From contig JNEM01010786.1 in NCBI GenBank assembly GCA_000697335.1, forward strand, positions 1-48,392: a stretch of DNA of 48,392 bases, written 5' to 3'. Positions 24,299 to 38,856 of the stretch are shown here, one piece after another; position 1 is the stretch's first letter; each line of letters begins with the position of its first letter. Under the pieces are notes generated by a model. That model saw only the letters and a program-made list of their open reading frames with translations, was not told where the DNA came from and did no database searches. The position numbers and the translations under genes are program-made. This stretch comes from Conidiobolus incongruus B7586 (Eukaryota).

Positions 24299-25155
24299 CT
24301 AATATACTAATTTTTAACTTGTTAATACTATTTCAAACCAAATTTAGTTTTAATCTATTTTTAAATATTTTGAATTATATTTAAATTTAATAAAAAATGA
24401 AAAAACTGATTAATCAATATTAATAATCAAGCTTACAAAATATATTAATAATCTAATCTTTTAAAATCTATAAAATAAGGTGTAAATTTATTACTGGGTT
24501 TAAGATTAAAATTTTACCATTCAAATATTACTGAATCAGTAATATTTAATACCTGAGTGTGTATCAATGGTTATACACAAGGTATTTTTTTGAATGTGTT
24601 CAAATTAGAATATCGGATTGATTTATTTTGGATTTTTTTAATTCTAATATATAATATAATATTTTAAAAGTTATAATTTTAACATGTATAAGGAAAATGT
24701 TTAATTAGACATAATGTATTTGTTGAATTATAATTGCAATTAATTTGTTAACTATAAATTTGAATACATTTGATTGAATTGAATTCAAAAATTTATTAAT
24801 AAAATTTGAGCATATTACTTAGAATAGATTATATTTGAAAAAACAAAATTATCATTAAATAATATAGCCAAATCGCTATATTTTCATTCCTTTGTGATGC
24901 TATTGTAATATAATTAATTAGGTTATAGATAATATTACCCAAATTATAAGTGATCGATTAAGATTTGAAAAATAATATAACTTAAATACAATGTATTAAA
25001 TTTAAGTATTTTTGAATATTAGTAAAAAATTACATGATAATAGCAATATGAAATTTTTGATTATAGTAATGATATTATAATAAAAATAAATATATTTTAA
25101 TATAATTTGATTATTGATAAAATTAATTAGTCGAGTTGGCATTAAAAATCTATAT

Positions 25156-25365
25156 TCATCTGATTGATTTGGGTTCTGTAACAAGAATAGCTAAGGGTAT
25201 TAATGCCAGCTCCAATATTTCGTCACGATGGTCAGAGATATAAGTGACTATGTGATCTACAACTCTAGGGGCCAAGAGGACCAGTTGAGTCGCAATGGCT
25301 ATCCGATTAGGTTCATTATATGGAATTAATTGCAAATTGGGCAAATTAGAACGAATGAGAGCCAT
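25156..25365 (-). CDS. Possible small orphan protein (69 aa)
   Basis: GC-richer than its flanks, start context ACAACATGG; no recognisable domain. Confidence 0.3.
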   Translation of the reverse strand: MALIRSNLPNLQLIPYNEPNRIAIATQLVLLAPRVVDHIVTYISDHRDEILELALIPLAILVTEPKSIR

Positions 25366-26475
25366 GTTGTAATATTATGCAGTAATGAGTAAAAAAAATA
25401 AAGTTGTAGTAGAATTCATTTTATTGTTGGAATAAGTATGTTGAATAATATAACTGGTAATAAGTTAATGGGTGGTTTTAGTAACACTAAGGTGGGGATA
25501 TTACTCTTGGAAGTGAAGGATATAGAAGAGGATAATTGGCAGTAGAAATGTAATTTTGAGTAGAAGCTAAAAATCAAGCTTCCATGATAGAAGCTACTAG
25601 TGTATTTAAAGGCATTTTAAGAGTTTGTGGGGGTGTGGCTGTGCAATGGTGTATCCTTGAGATGGTTCTCAGGACTGGTTCCTTGTCCTTGTTTATTCAA
25701 GGGAACAGAATGCGACAGGTTCCATTCTCCTTGAGTGAATCTAATGAATTATACAGCTTGAATGGATTGTACAAGCAAATACTAAAGTTCGGTATACTTA
25801 TCATAAATACGAATCAAAAATACTGAAAAAAATAACTCAGTATTAGTGTTCCATTCATTTAAGATCATATTTTTGAATTGATTAGCTAATTTTCGAAAAT
25901 TGACCAAAGAATTAAATAAATGGATTAGGAATAATTGAACATTAACTCTAACCACTGTAAAAAACCATATTACAAATGAAAAACAATCGATTCGACTATT
26001 ATCTCATATTTTTTACATATCTATTAATTATTATAGTATGCTATAATAGAAATATAAATTAGATTTTTGAATTGATAATATTTGAAATATTTAGTTATTT
26101 TAAATATTTATTTGATATTAAATATACATATATATCAATTATATGTTATTAATATACAACTACTCTTTAATAAGTATTTGAATCTTATTTAATATGCATT
26201 TTGATTTTATAGTCATATAAAAACTAATGATTCTATTGAAAATTTATATAATATATATTGATTTCAATTTCAATCAAATTTGATTAATAGATCTTTAAAA
26301 TTATTCAAATTATTATAAGTTCCAAAATTTTTATAATTAATTGTCAAATTTATCTAATTATATCAGTGCTATAGAGGTTCGAATATTACATTAAAATATA
26401 CAAATGTTAAATACAAAATATAAAACATTAAGCATGAAAAAATAATACAAACAAATTTTATCGATGATAGGGAGT

Positions 26476-27557
26476 TTACAATTTTGTCTTTAATTCAAAT
26501 CCTTTGGGTGGAGCGACTTTAGGTTCTCCGAGGGGAGTAACATAAGCGGCACTAAGACCTCCATCAACCATTAAATCGGTACCTGTGACATAGGAGGATT
26601 CGTCAGAGGCTAGGAATAAAACAGCTTTAGCTTGTTCAATAGCCTCACCTAAATAAAATGAATTATGTTATTAGTGTCATATAGAGCAAATAGTGTTTAA
26701 GTAAATAATATTACCAAATCTGCCCATAGGTACGTGGACTAAACGACGGTTCTTCTTCTCGTCAGTGTTCAAAAAGTCCATGAGGAGAGGAGTTCTAATA
26801 GGTCCAGGGCATAAGTTATTGACTCTGATATTGTCCTTAGCGTGGACAACAGCTAACTCACGACTGAATAATATATTAGTTATCATGCTAAATAATAAAG
26901 TTAAAAATATTTACGTCATAGCCAAAACAGCACCCTTAGAAGCGGTATCTAAAAAAATAAATTAGATTAACCAAGTGAAACAAACAAAATATCTATATAA
27001 TAATAATAATAATAACATACAAGCAATCTGAGGAGTAGCAGCACCAACAACAGCAACAAAACTAGCTGTATTGATAATGGAGCCACCGTTGGGATTCTTC
27101 AACATAGCTTGGATAGCGTATTTACAACCGTAGAAGACACCCTTAACATTAATATCGTGAGTCAAGTCCCAGATATCCATAGGGGTATTAAGGGCGTTAT
27201 CGTCCTTGGGGTGCATAATACCGGCATTGTTGAAGATAACATCCAACTTGCCGAATTTTTCAACTGTCTTTTCAACCAAATTCTTCACCTGCTCTTCTTT
27301 GGATACATCACACTTGACTTTCAACACTGAAGTGCTAGGAAATTCCTTAGTTAAGAAATCTGCAACTTTGTCCAAAGCTTCGGTACTAATATCTCCAAGT
27401 GTTACTTTAGCTCCCTCTTGAGCGAATACGCAAGCAGTTTGGAAACCGATACCACTAACAATGATAAAATATTATAATCAGTGATCACCAAATTAAGCTT
27501 TATTGTATACCTTCCAGCACCAGTAACAATAGCAACTTTACCATCTAATCTGCCCAT
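26476..27557 (-). CDS. Classical short-chain dehydrogenase/reductase (FabG-like), 5 exons
   Basis: [19 protein letters not shown] (TGxxxGIG, split by an intron), NNAG, NTAS, AYTASK (YxxxK, split by an intron), IRVNNLCPG and [20 protein letters not shown]; ends LKTKL*. Confidence 0.93.
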
Positions 27558-29358
27558 GTTATTTACTTATTATAATATTACTATTTTTAACAAAAAATAA
27601 ATTTCAATAAGGTGAATCACGCTATATAAAAGAAATCAATTAATTATGGATTAGGGTATATCTAATTGGAGTAGTCACATGAATTGAGCTTGTGGGTTCA
27701 CTTTACATTTTAATTCGTGATATGTTTATCCATACGATTTTACAAATAAAAAAAATCATATTTTATTATTTTATTTGATATTGTGTCAACTCTAAAACTA
27801 TGTAGTATGAAATTCAATGGTTAATTTATAGAATTATATAATTGTTTAATATAAACTCTTTTTACATATTCAACTTAGAAATATATCAAAATTAATTAGG
27901 ATATATTAATTGAAAGGCAACCATATTTGATTTAATATCCTAATAATCCATATAACAACGGATTCCAAATGAAACAACTATTAATACAAATTTTGATTAT
28001 AGATTGAAATATAAAATGTAACATACAATACTAATAATAAATTGAAATATAACATATAGCACACAAAATTAACAATAAACAGCAATATAATAGATATATT
28101 TGAACTGAAAATTTTTGAAATTTGATACAATCGAAAATTCTATCCAATTCCTAATTGGGAAGTAGCATTTATTCAAAAAATAATATCAATATTTTTAAAG
28201 ATTGATATATAAGCTATAAATTGGATTTTTTGAGGATGTAGCCCAAAGTATTAAAATAGTATTAATTAATTTTTATTCCTTTTAAAATATTCCAAAAATT
28301 TTTTGCTAAATACATTATCGAATAACTATTAATTTAGATTCTGATCAAATTTGAAATTGAATACTGCTATTAAAAATAATATTTTCATAACATCCAATAA
28401 AATTATGAACGATCGAGTGGATATTTGACTTGAATTAGAATCTCTTTAAAGAAACTGTTAGCTGATATTTCACAATGTCCAAAGAATAACCAACAACAAT
28501 ATAAATTACTCTCTTAAGTTTATATATATATATATATATATATATTTTATTAATGAAATATTTGATCATTTTGCCAAAATATGAGATATTGTTATTTGTC
28601 AATTAAAAAGAGGCATGTGTTTGATTCTAGAATTTCTAATTGTTCAATTTATTCAAAAATACAATTCAATGCTCATAGCTACATAATTAAAAATATTCAA
28701 AATATCATCTATTTTGATTCTATTAAGTACTGTGATTGCTTAATTCTTTAATACGATCACTTGGTCACATTCCAATAATATTTTCTCACATATATCATAA
28801 TGAGCATAAAATGATGCTATGTGATATTCCAGATTATTGGTGCACAAACCAACATTTGGATATTGCTAAATAGTAGAGACTATAATTATCTGTATGAAAA
28901 TATTTAAAGTTTGTCTATTTGCCTAAAATATTTAATGCCATTTACAATGGCACGAAATTTACAAAAACATCAAATTGATCTGTTTGGCATAATTTTTTAA
29001 ATTGATTAATCTTATTACTAAATTGGTATAAATATTGAATAATATCTTTAAACGATTTATTGACGTAAAGGAGATAGAAGCTTAGACTTTAGCCAATTAA
29101 TTATATACAAAATATCTTGATTTGAATTTCAATACTATTCCAGGTTAATTTATCAATAAATAGGACAATAATTTAGGAACAAGTCCAAATATTAATAGTT
29201 CATAATTTTTGATGAATGCATAAAATTATGTTAATTAGATGAATATCTTTTAATATAAATTATGTAATTCATGTTGATCATATTTCACTTTTAATGATAT
29301 AAGGAATCTCTCTCTCAATGTCATTCAACAGCTACATCTCTTGTCATCCTTTGAGAAC

Positions 29359-29880
29359 ATGATCAAATCCGTATTCTTAACCCTTTTGGTTGGCAGTTTG
29401 ACTGCTCTACCTTATAGCGATAATCAGGATACACAACAATTAAATAGAAGATTATTCAGCTTAGACTCAATTAAAGAGTTAGCTGCAAAATATCCAGGTC
29501 TAGTCAAATACAACCAACCCGAATCCAACTCAGTCACCATTAACTACACCCCTAGTATGGGTCAAACCACCACCTACACCCGCACAATCCAGAATCCTGG
29601 AACTAATTTAGATGGCACAACCAATCCAATCACCATCACCGAAAATTTCTGGACAACTCCCCCTAATCAAAATGGACAAGTTACTACCTATTGGAATGGA
29701 AAACCCGTTGCCAATGGTCAAGTCCCTGCAATTCCATACTTCCCCCCAGGATTTGCTAATCCTTTCTGGAATGGTTTTGCTCAACCTCAACCTCAACCTC
29801 AACCTCAGCCCCAGCCGCAAGCTCAAGGTCAAACTCAACCCAATCCTCAGCCAAGATCTGATGAAGAGAAGAAAGATTAA
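29359..29880 (+). CDS. Small secreted protein of unknown function, Thr/Pro/Gln-rich
   Basis: ATG 29359 MIKSVFLTLLVGSLTA signal peptide; short propeptide ending NRR (Kex2-like); (QP)n tail; coding-like composition; no Cys. Confidence 0.8.
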   Translation: MIKSVFLTLLVGSLTALPYSDNQDTQQLNRRLFSLDSIKELAAKYPGLVKYNQPESNSVTINYTPSMGQTTTYTRTIQNPGTNLDGTTNPITITENFWTTPPNQNGQVTTYWNGKPVANGQVPAIPYFPPGFANPFWNGFAQPQPQPQPQPQPQAQGQTQPNPQPRSDEEKKD

Positions 29881-30580
29881 AATTCAATGATTTTTGTTTA
29901 ACCTCATCAATAAATCAAATAAATTGATAAATTGATAAATTGAATCAACATATTTAATATAAAAAATAATTTATATAATAATAAAATTAAATTTATAATT
30001 AATATATTGAAAATAATTTATAATTGATATGTAAACAACAATCCAAATATATTTCAAAATTTAAATAAGAAATTTAATTTATTTGAAGGTAAATTTAAAA
30101 ATTGTATTAAATATCAAAAAAAGAATATTAATAAGACTATATTAAACTTTATTTATAACTATTTAATCATTTAATTTATTATTATCATAATATCATTCAA
30201 AGCTTGAAAAGATCTCTATAAATATACAAATCAAATTTTCACTATCTAATTTTGAAAAAAACACATTTATATTATTATGATTTTTATTTCAATATTATTT
30301 AAGTATTTTTTAATATTTATACTAAAATAAAGAATTATTAAATTTATTTATGATTCTATTTAATATAAATTTACCTGATAACTATATTAAGAATATATAA
30401 ATAATTTAAGATGATTTGATAATCAAATTACTATATTACTAATCAATTCATTGAAATAATCCCACATTTATTAAATGTAAATTAACCAAAGATAAATATC
30501 AAATTTAATTCGTGTTTAAATGATTTAATCAAAGACCAAATTCAACTGTATTGATAATTTCAGAAAAAATTAATAAAACA

Positions 30581-33164
30581 ATGGATACACAATTAATTGA
30601 CCAAACTCAACATCAGCTCATATACAAAAAAAGGAAAACAACCAGTAAAAGAAATAAAGATCCGGAACCTTCGAGTTTAAAAACCAAGCTCTATCTAATG
30701 TATATACAAAGTGAACATTTCGAATTTAGCGAAGCTGAAAATCATCTTAAAACCATACAGACGTTAATCGATGAAAAGGTTCTGATCGTTGACGATAATG
30801 AAATTGAGCACTATAGTACTTGTACAGTAGATTTCACAATTTTTTTGAACCATCCCACAGGTCAAAGTATTTTTACACTGTTTCAGCAACAGGCTAAATT
30901 GGCTTTGGCTTGTTTGAAATATCAGATTCATATGGTAATATTAATACTTGATGTATTTGGTAGATTATATTGATGGTTTGTTAGTTTTATATCAATATGG
31001 CAAAGGAGCCTTTAGATATTTCGATAATTGAAGAGTTGAAACCTATAGATATTCGATTGATTAACCATAGGCCTTTTTACTCTTTCAATGAAATCAAATC
31101 TAGTTTTATTTATAGATTAGTTACTATTAAAGGAACTGGTAATTTTTACTTATACTTTTAAGTTTTATACATGATTTAAAATCGTCTTTAGTCATTCGTG
31201 CATCATCTATTAGACCATTGGTAATTCAAATGGCTTTTGATTGCATTAAGTGCAGGACGACCAAAGTTGTCAGATTTCTGGACGGTAAATATAGTTACCC
31301 CTCAAAGTGTTCCACGAGAGGGTGTAATGCCAAAATTTTCGAACCCGATCGATCCAATCCCCAAACTGTTACAGTCGATTCTCAAACCCTGAAAATCCAG
31401 GAAAATACCAACGACAATTCCAGCGATTTGGGTAGAGTTCCAAGAACAGTGGATTGCGAATTGACTAATCATCTGGTAGATCGAGTGTCTCCTGGCGATG
31501 TAGTCATTTGCACAGGTCTAGTAAAAGCGCACCAGAATAACGAGGGAAGCTTTAGACAGAAGACTGCTAATACCATTTTCACGGTTTATTTGGATCTTAT
31601 CAATATTTCTAAAGCTTCAGGATCTCAGGATGGTGACGATGATTCTGGAAATCGAGATCCCGATGCTAATTCTAAAGATACCATCAAGTTTTCGGATAAG
31701 GATTTGAAATTCGTCAACGCTCTCTACAGCGAACCTGATCTATTTAAATTAATTGTAAATTCGTTTTGTCCAAAAATTTTCGGTCATGAATTGGTTAAAG
31801 CGGGTGTACTATTATCACTTTTTGGTGGAAGACGAAGAAATACACTAAAAAAAGGAGATATTTCGATTCGCGGCGATTCACACGTATTGATTGTGGGTGA
31901 CCCAGGTCTTGGGAAGAGTCAAATCCTTATGGCTGCGAAAAATTTGGCGCCTCGAGGTGTTTATGTTTGTGGTACCAGTGGCGTGTCTTCAAGTGGTTTA
32001 ACTGTAACTTTGGCTAAGGAAGCAGGTTCTAATGATTTTGCACTTGAAGCTGGTGCTTTGGTTTTGGGCGATCAAGGTACCTGCTGTATTGACGAATTCG
32101 ATAAAATGACACATGAACATAGTGCACTATTGGAAGCTATGGAACAACAAAGTATCAGTATAGCAAAAGGTGGTATCGTTTGTACTTTGCCGGCTAGAAC
32201 AAGTATTATTGCAGCAGCCAATCCAGCAGGTGGCCATTATAATAAGGCCAAAACTGTTTCTGAAAATTTGAAAATGAACGGGGCACTATTATCTCGTTTT
32301 GATCTTGTATTCATTCTTCTAGACAAACCCAACCAATTACGAGATGAATACCTATCCAAGCACATTATGCAAATGCATTCTGGAAGAGGAACAGAATATT
32401 CCAATGTAGAACGAAATTTGAATGTAGAAATTCCAGAATTTGAAAACAATAATTCTGAACTGTACTTGAAATTACGTCGTAAACCTGGAGAAAAGATGGA
32501 TTTAGTACCTGGTCAAATGCTGAGAAAATATATAGCTTATGCTAGAAACTATTGCCATCCATCCCTAAGTCCACAAGCTGGCGCTGTCCTCAAAGAATTT
32601 TATTTAGAACTTCGCAAAAAGCACCAATCCATTGATTCCACGCCTATTACTACTAGGCAGTTGGAATCTTTGATTCGATTAGCAGAAGCCAGAGCAAAAG
32701 TGGAGTTAAGGGAAACTGTCACTGAATCGGATGCCAAAGATGTCATTGAACTAATGAAGCATAGCTTGTTTGATACCTATGAGGACGAAGTTGGAAACTT
32801 CGACTTCCAAAGATCCCAACACGGTACTGGAATGAGTAAAAGAGATCAAGTCAGAAAGTAAGTTCACTATAATTAATTGTGTGATGAAACTTTATACTAA
32901 CTATAAAATAGATTTTTACACAAACTTAGCGACTTGGCTGAAGAATACCAAAACAATCGTTTTACATTCGACAAACTCAATCGAATTGCACAAGGTAATC
33001 CCCATTCTATACATTGTTACTATCAATAATCTCATTTTACAATAGATTTAAATTTAAAATTTACGAGTGGTTTTCGAGATTTTATTGAAGGCCTCAACAA
33101 TCAAGGCTACTTACTTAAAAAAGGCGGTAACGTTTACCAGCTGAGTTTTAGTTCTGTCGAATAA
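30581..33164 (+). CDS. MCM8: DNA helicase MCM8, 5 exons
   Basis: Exons approx. 30581-30934, 30985-31138, 31192-32858, 32912-32994 and 33047-33164. Zn finger, GRVPRTVDCELT, Walker A GDPGLGKSQ, IDEFDKM, SRFD arginine finger, PITTRQLESLIRL, and MCM8-type C-terminus (RSQHGTGMS; FIEGLNNQGYLLKKGGNVYQL). Confidence 0.92.
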
Positions 33165-34513
33165 TTTAAATTCTATTGTTTTAATATTTGTATTTAACCA
33201 ATTTTTAATAACCATATATTTAATTAAAGCTTGTTTAAACTATATTATTTAGTTGGATTATATATTTATTAAAGCATTATATTGTAAAAACGATCAATAA
33301 TGATTAATAACTATTTTTTAATAATATTTTATGAATAGTCAATTACAATTAATTTCAGTTACTATTGTTGACTTGAAATAAATCTAATTATATATTAGAT
33401 ATTATTCATACAATTTGTTCAATAAATAAACTTGAATATATTTTAAAGAATTTTCAAATTTTATCAACTTAAAGAACGATTTTTATCTTAGCGAACACAT
33501 AGTAGAGTTAAAATGGATATTAAATACTTATTAAATATATATATATATATATATATAATTCAATATTTATAATAATAACTATTGAAGGATATATTTTGTT
33601 CGATATCGTTTTAATTGTTGTATATAAGTCAAAAATATGAGGCGTTAGACGAATTGATTTTTTATATATCATATATCATCTTCATTTTGTTTTTTTTCTT
33701 TTTGTAGAGTGATTAGTGAGAGTTAACTGATTTCGAATCAGATTATTAAATCCATTGATCAATTCTAGTCAAATGGTCAATCAATATAATATTTTGTTAT
33801 AACGCAATTTGGACACTATTGATCACTTTATTATTTTGTATTTTTTTATTCATATTTCTCATAAATATACCGAACTTTAGCATAGTCTTTAATAATCCAT
33901 CCAATCCGAATAATTGATTCAATGTATTGATGTACAATCGAACCAAGTTTAAACTGATGAACATAGGTTATAATACTGACTTGTGTTGAATCAACTTTAT
34001 TTTCATCAAAACTAAATTATAGAAATATAATTAATTTTTAGCATTATGATGCTATTATTACTATGATTGGATAAAATATTTAAATATACTATATATAGTA
34101 TATTTGTTTAATTCCAAAAAATTAATTTAAATTGATAATAATGAAACTATTAAATAATAAAATATTAATGTAAATATTAATTACAATAATTAAACTCTAG
34201 AATAATGATTCAATTTTTTTCAATTGTTATTCAATATAATTTTTATAAAATAATTATTTCTAATATTAAAAATACCAAAGATAATTAAATATTATTGCAT
34301 TGGTATAACTATGTGGATTAATTAATAATAAAGATGCAATTGATAATAAGATGAAATAGTACAAATTCTTCTTATTAGCAACATTTAGATTCAGAAGATT
34401 ACTGTCATCACTCATTACTCCTGCTTAATGCTCATATGAGAATGGAAGTCATTTGGTGCATTTTTAATTCGAATAAAATCATTTAAATCAATATTTTGTT
34501 CATTTTAATTTTC

Positions 34514-34544
<31 letters not shown>

Positions 34545-36360
34545 TTCGACTAGTGTGCAAAATTATTTTGAAAATGATGTATTTTTGATGTTTAAACAAT
34601 GCAATCAAAGAAAATAAAGTTCTTATCAACATTTTTAATTATAATATAGAAAGATCTTCCAAATGATTAAATAATTTTAAATTTTATTTTAATGCAAAAT
34701 ATTAATTTGATAAATTAATATTTGAAATGATTTAATCATGAATAATATTAATTAAAAGAAACAAAATTCAATATTTAAATTAATCATTTTAAATTTAACA
34801 AAAAATATTGAATATTGAACATCAAGATATAATAATTCAAAATTTTTAATTATTATTCAAAAAATTTAATTTATTATTTGCATCAATTATTACCTAATTA
34901 ATAAATTCTCAAATATATGAAAATAGTATTATATGATATAAATATTTTCAATCATAAAGCTAATCATTATTCTCTTAGCTACTCAATTATCTATTTCAAC
35001 TAACTCCAAAATACTATCAACCTCTTATCTTATTGATTATAGAGTTCAATTGAAAAAATATACGTTTTTGAAGTAAGTAATGCTTACCGTTTCAGAATTG
35101 TTGATCAAAATTTAAGTATTAATGACATGTGATATTTTTTTAAAATATTACAAAAAGAGTTAATTTGATTTTCATAATGTATATTACAAATTTGATTATA
35201 AATTTTTAATATATAAATATGTAGATACCTTTTTAAAAAACATAGCTATACATAACTAGTTTCATATTATTATTTATTTTTATTATTGTTATTATTATTA
35301 TCATCTTCTTTTCCAATAATTATAGCATATATGATTAACATACTATAGGCGATAAATTTAGAAGCATACTAAATTAGTTCAAGAATTCAAAATATCAAAG
35401 ATAAAAATTTATCACAGGATGATTTTAACTGTTAGTGATTAATTATATGAATTAAAAACTTGTGGAAAATTATAAAACAATAAAACCCCATAATTATTAC
35501 CTAAAATTTATGAATTTGATAAACACCAAGTTAAAACCAATTATTTTCAATCTTTGTTACTTAAAAATATTGAATTGGGTAAATTAATCATAATAGACAA
35601 TCAATGATAAACTATGATAACATTTTTAAATGATTTCAATTTTGAGTATCAGCCTATTAATTTAACATGACATTAAATATGGTAATATCAGTTCCCATTT
35701 AGTTAACTCTAATGATTCAAGGGTTGAAAAAAATGAATTCATCAATTATTTGCTACTATTTCAACAAATTTTAAGTCATTTTGAAATAAATATTACACCC
35801 CCCGAAATTTTCAATAAATATTAGTTTGCTTAATATATGGTAAAATTGAAAAAAAATGAAAATATAATAAGGTATTACTCTATAATAATTTTATGAAACT
35901 TTGGAAATTTAGTTTCTATTTTTATTGAATTGAGAATAATTCTTCAAGTAGTGTAAAGATCCTCATTCATGAGATTATCACACAATTTGAAATTATTAAA
36001 TCAATTACCAAATTTAGCGAATTAGAATTAATCTCATTTTCCTTTGAATTGCTTATGGCCAATATTAGGGAGCAATTGAATTGAGGTATATAAACTCAAA
36101 CTGTTCATTGAAATAATCTATTTAGTGTTTTTTGTCAACATTTATTTATATGGTGATATTTTTTTAACTGTTAATAAGTTGTGCTAGAATCAATTTTATA
36201 ATAACAGTCCCTTCTTCATTACTCCTTTTAATTTATTTTAAGCTGATAAGGAGACGAAGTTAGAAATTATTAAGAGATTCAATTTAAGTTAAAAACATAG
36301 TTTTTAACTGGTTTGTATTATTATTATTATTATTATTATTATTAAATTGTTGAGTTTTGA

Positions 36361-38856
36361 ATGGCTTCAGGGATTGAATCCAATACAATGGGTAATAATT
36401 TGTCTGTAATATTGATCAATTGTGGAATTAACTTGAGATGAATAGAAGTCAATACTCATAATCATCCAATAATCTGGAATAAATTAAAAACTGTGAAAAA
36501 ATCTTTAATATCGCCCATTACTAGTTCTTTAAAGCATGTTGTTAAAAGGCCGAAGAGATCAATACTACCATCCTATTGTAATATACTCATCAATATATCA
36601 TGTTCATTGAATTAACATTTGATTTAGCATTCGCTTGTTTCTATAACTCTCCAGACAATCTGTGGCACTATGGACATCTTCTGATAAATGTAGATCATAT
36701 ACTATTCCATTCCAAGGGTAAAGCTATCAAACAGCAGAATATCAACTTGGATTTTAGCTGGGATCAAATTCATCACTTTCGAAAAGTTCAAGCGTCTAAT
36801 AAACCTAGTTTTAGTAAGGGAATAGAGTGGCTAGATGGAATGGATCGTGTAAGTGATGAATATCATATTCATTTGATTTGATACTAATATTATATTTAGC
36901 ACTTGTTTATATTTATTCAAGACAGGGACAAAGTCTGGGAGAAAATGAATAAAGTGGCAGTATTAGCAAATTATAAAAGTTGGTGTAATAATGATGAAAA
37001 TGGATCAGATTTCGGTTTAATTGACAATTGTGTTGAAAGAGTAATTTGATACTACTTGATTTATGTATATGATATGGTATTAATGAGTGTAAATATTATA
37101 GGCATCGACAGATTATGATACCAATAATCACAGATATTATAATATTGGCTCACCGCAAGGAGTATCGCCACGAAATTCATGCTCAGATAGATATTCCACG
37201 ATGTCAGGTATTCTTGAGTGGAGATTATCCCTTAATTTACTAAAACGGAAACTAATTTTAGATCCTAATTCTCCAACCTTAGTCAACCAGGGAACTATTT
37301 ATGAATTACAAAAGTAATGGGAATTTACTGCTGATTGATCAATCATCATGTCATCTTAATGTTTTAAACTGAGGATTTATTATTAATATTGTTTCAAATT
37401 GTTTCATTTAACAATCACATATTATGATTTTAGTGAGTTTGGTATAATAATTCACTATAATCGATACAATCAATTGAAGTGACATTTGAATATTGATCAA
37501 TATGGCAACCTTATTAAGTTTGAAATAATTGTTACTAACATTAATATTTTTAGTTTTCATGGGAGAGGATTTTCACTAGACGGATTAGATGCACTCCCAT
37601 CCACTCCGCTAACGACTTCATCGGTAACGCAATGGGAAAAGGATAGACCCAGTAAAACAGTACCAGAGATAGTGTTTCAAGATACTTTTCCGTGCAAAGT
37701 AACCGAATTATTTGATTATGTATTCGGCAATTCGAACAAATTTTCCGAACTGGCGCACATCAAACACTGTAGAAATAAGCCATTGAGCACTTTGAAGAGT
37801 CCAGCTCTCAGTGAAAAGAATCTATATGAGTTTGAAGATGAGAATGAGAAATCCTTCATTCCTAACAATCCGCTGACAAAATTTAAATACAAGTCAATGA
37901 TCAAGTACTCCGGATGGGTTGGCAATTATAGAACCATTAGTTACCCGATTCCACTCACTTCCAGACATCCCTTACTGAAAAAGTTGTATGATAATGGCTT
38001 GATGGAATCCAGCAGTTCTGAACACTTCATCATTTTTGAAGAAAAGCAAAAGATTGATGAGAGGAAGGAAAACCATATTGTAATCCTATCTCAGGGTATA
38101 ATTAACTTGGACAAGGCACCAAGGGAATTTTATCTTAAATACACAATTGAACCAGTGCCACCATGCCATACCCAACTTACAATAAAGCTTATGATGAAGG
38201 AGGGATTCAAAATGACCGAACTACTAGACCCATATTACAGTAAATGGGTTGATGACTCTTTCAAAATGCTGAGCGCTCACCTTTCTCAGTACATCCTCAA
38301 AACTATATATAAAAAATCGTCTAATATTCCACCACCTCCTGTATTCCGCTCAGTTAAGCAGCGACCTGCGAGACCGAATAGCGAAATGTTTCCATCCGCC
38401 GATAATTCGTCAGCATTTAAGCGAAATTCCGCCATTGTACATCCCATAAGTCCCAAAGATTTACCCCTCCCGGAAAAACCCCAGGCTAACCAATCATCTA
38501 GTCACAAATTGATGGCCAATCCGATTGATCTTTCTCTACTGTTATCTTCCAAAAATCAAAATAGTCCAATGCGAACTAGATCTCTACCGCCACGATGCAG
38601 CTCGCCAGTCGGCAGACCATATGTACCCCGACTCGCAAGAACCTGTGAGAATACGCCAACTGATGAGCGAGAGATGATCGAGTTACAACGATTTGATCCA
38701 ATAACCAAAATGAAGGAAGAATCCAAAGCAAATTTGGACGATATTCCAAAGATTGATGATATTAGCTTATCAGATAACTCAGACACTAAATCCAACCTTG
38801 TATTTTTATTATTTTTAGTGATAGTGATATTATTGTTGAAATGTTCTTATTGTTAA
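36361..38856 (+). CDS. GRAM + VASt (StART-like) + C-terminal TM protein, LAM/GRAMD1-like, ~7 exons
   Basis: A spliced frame can be built from ATG 36361. GRAM-like FACFYN..LWHYGHLLINVDHILFHS; VASt-like FQDTFPCKVTELFDYVFGNS..RTISYPIPL; terminal hydrophobic LVFLLFLVIVILLL. The similarity is divergent. Confidence 0.65.
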
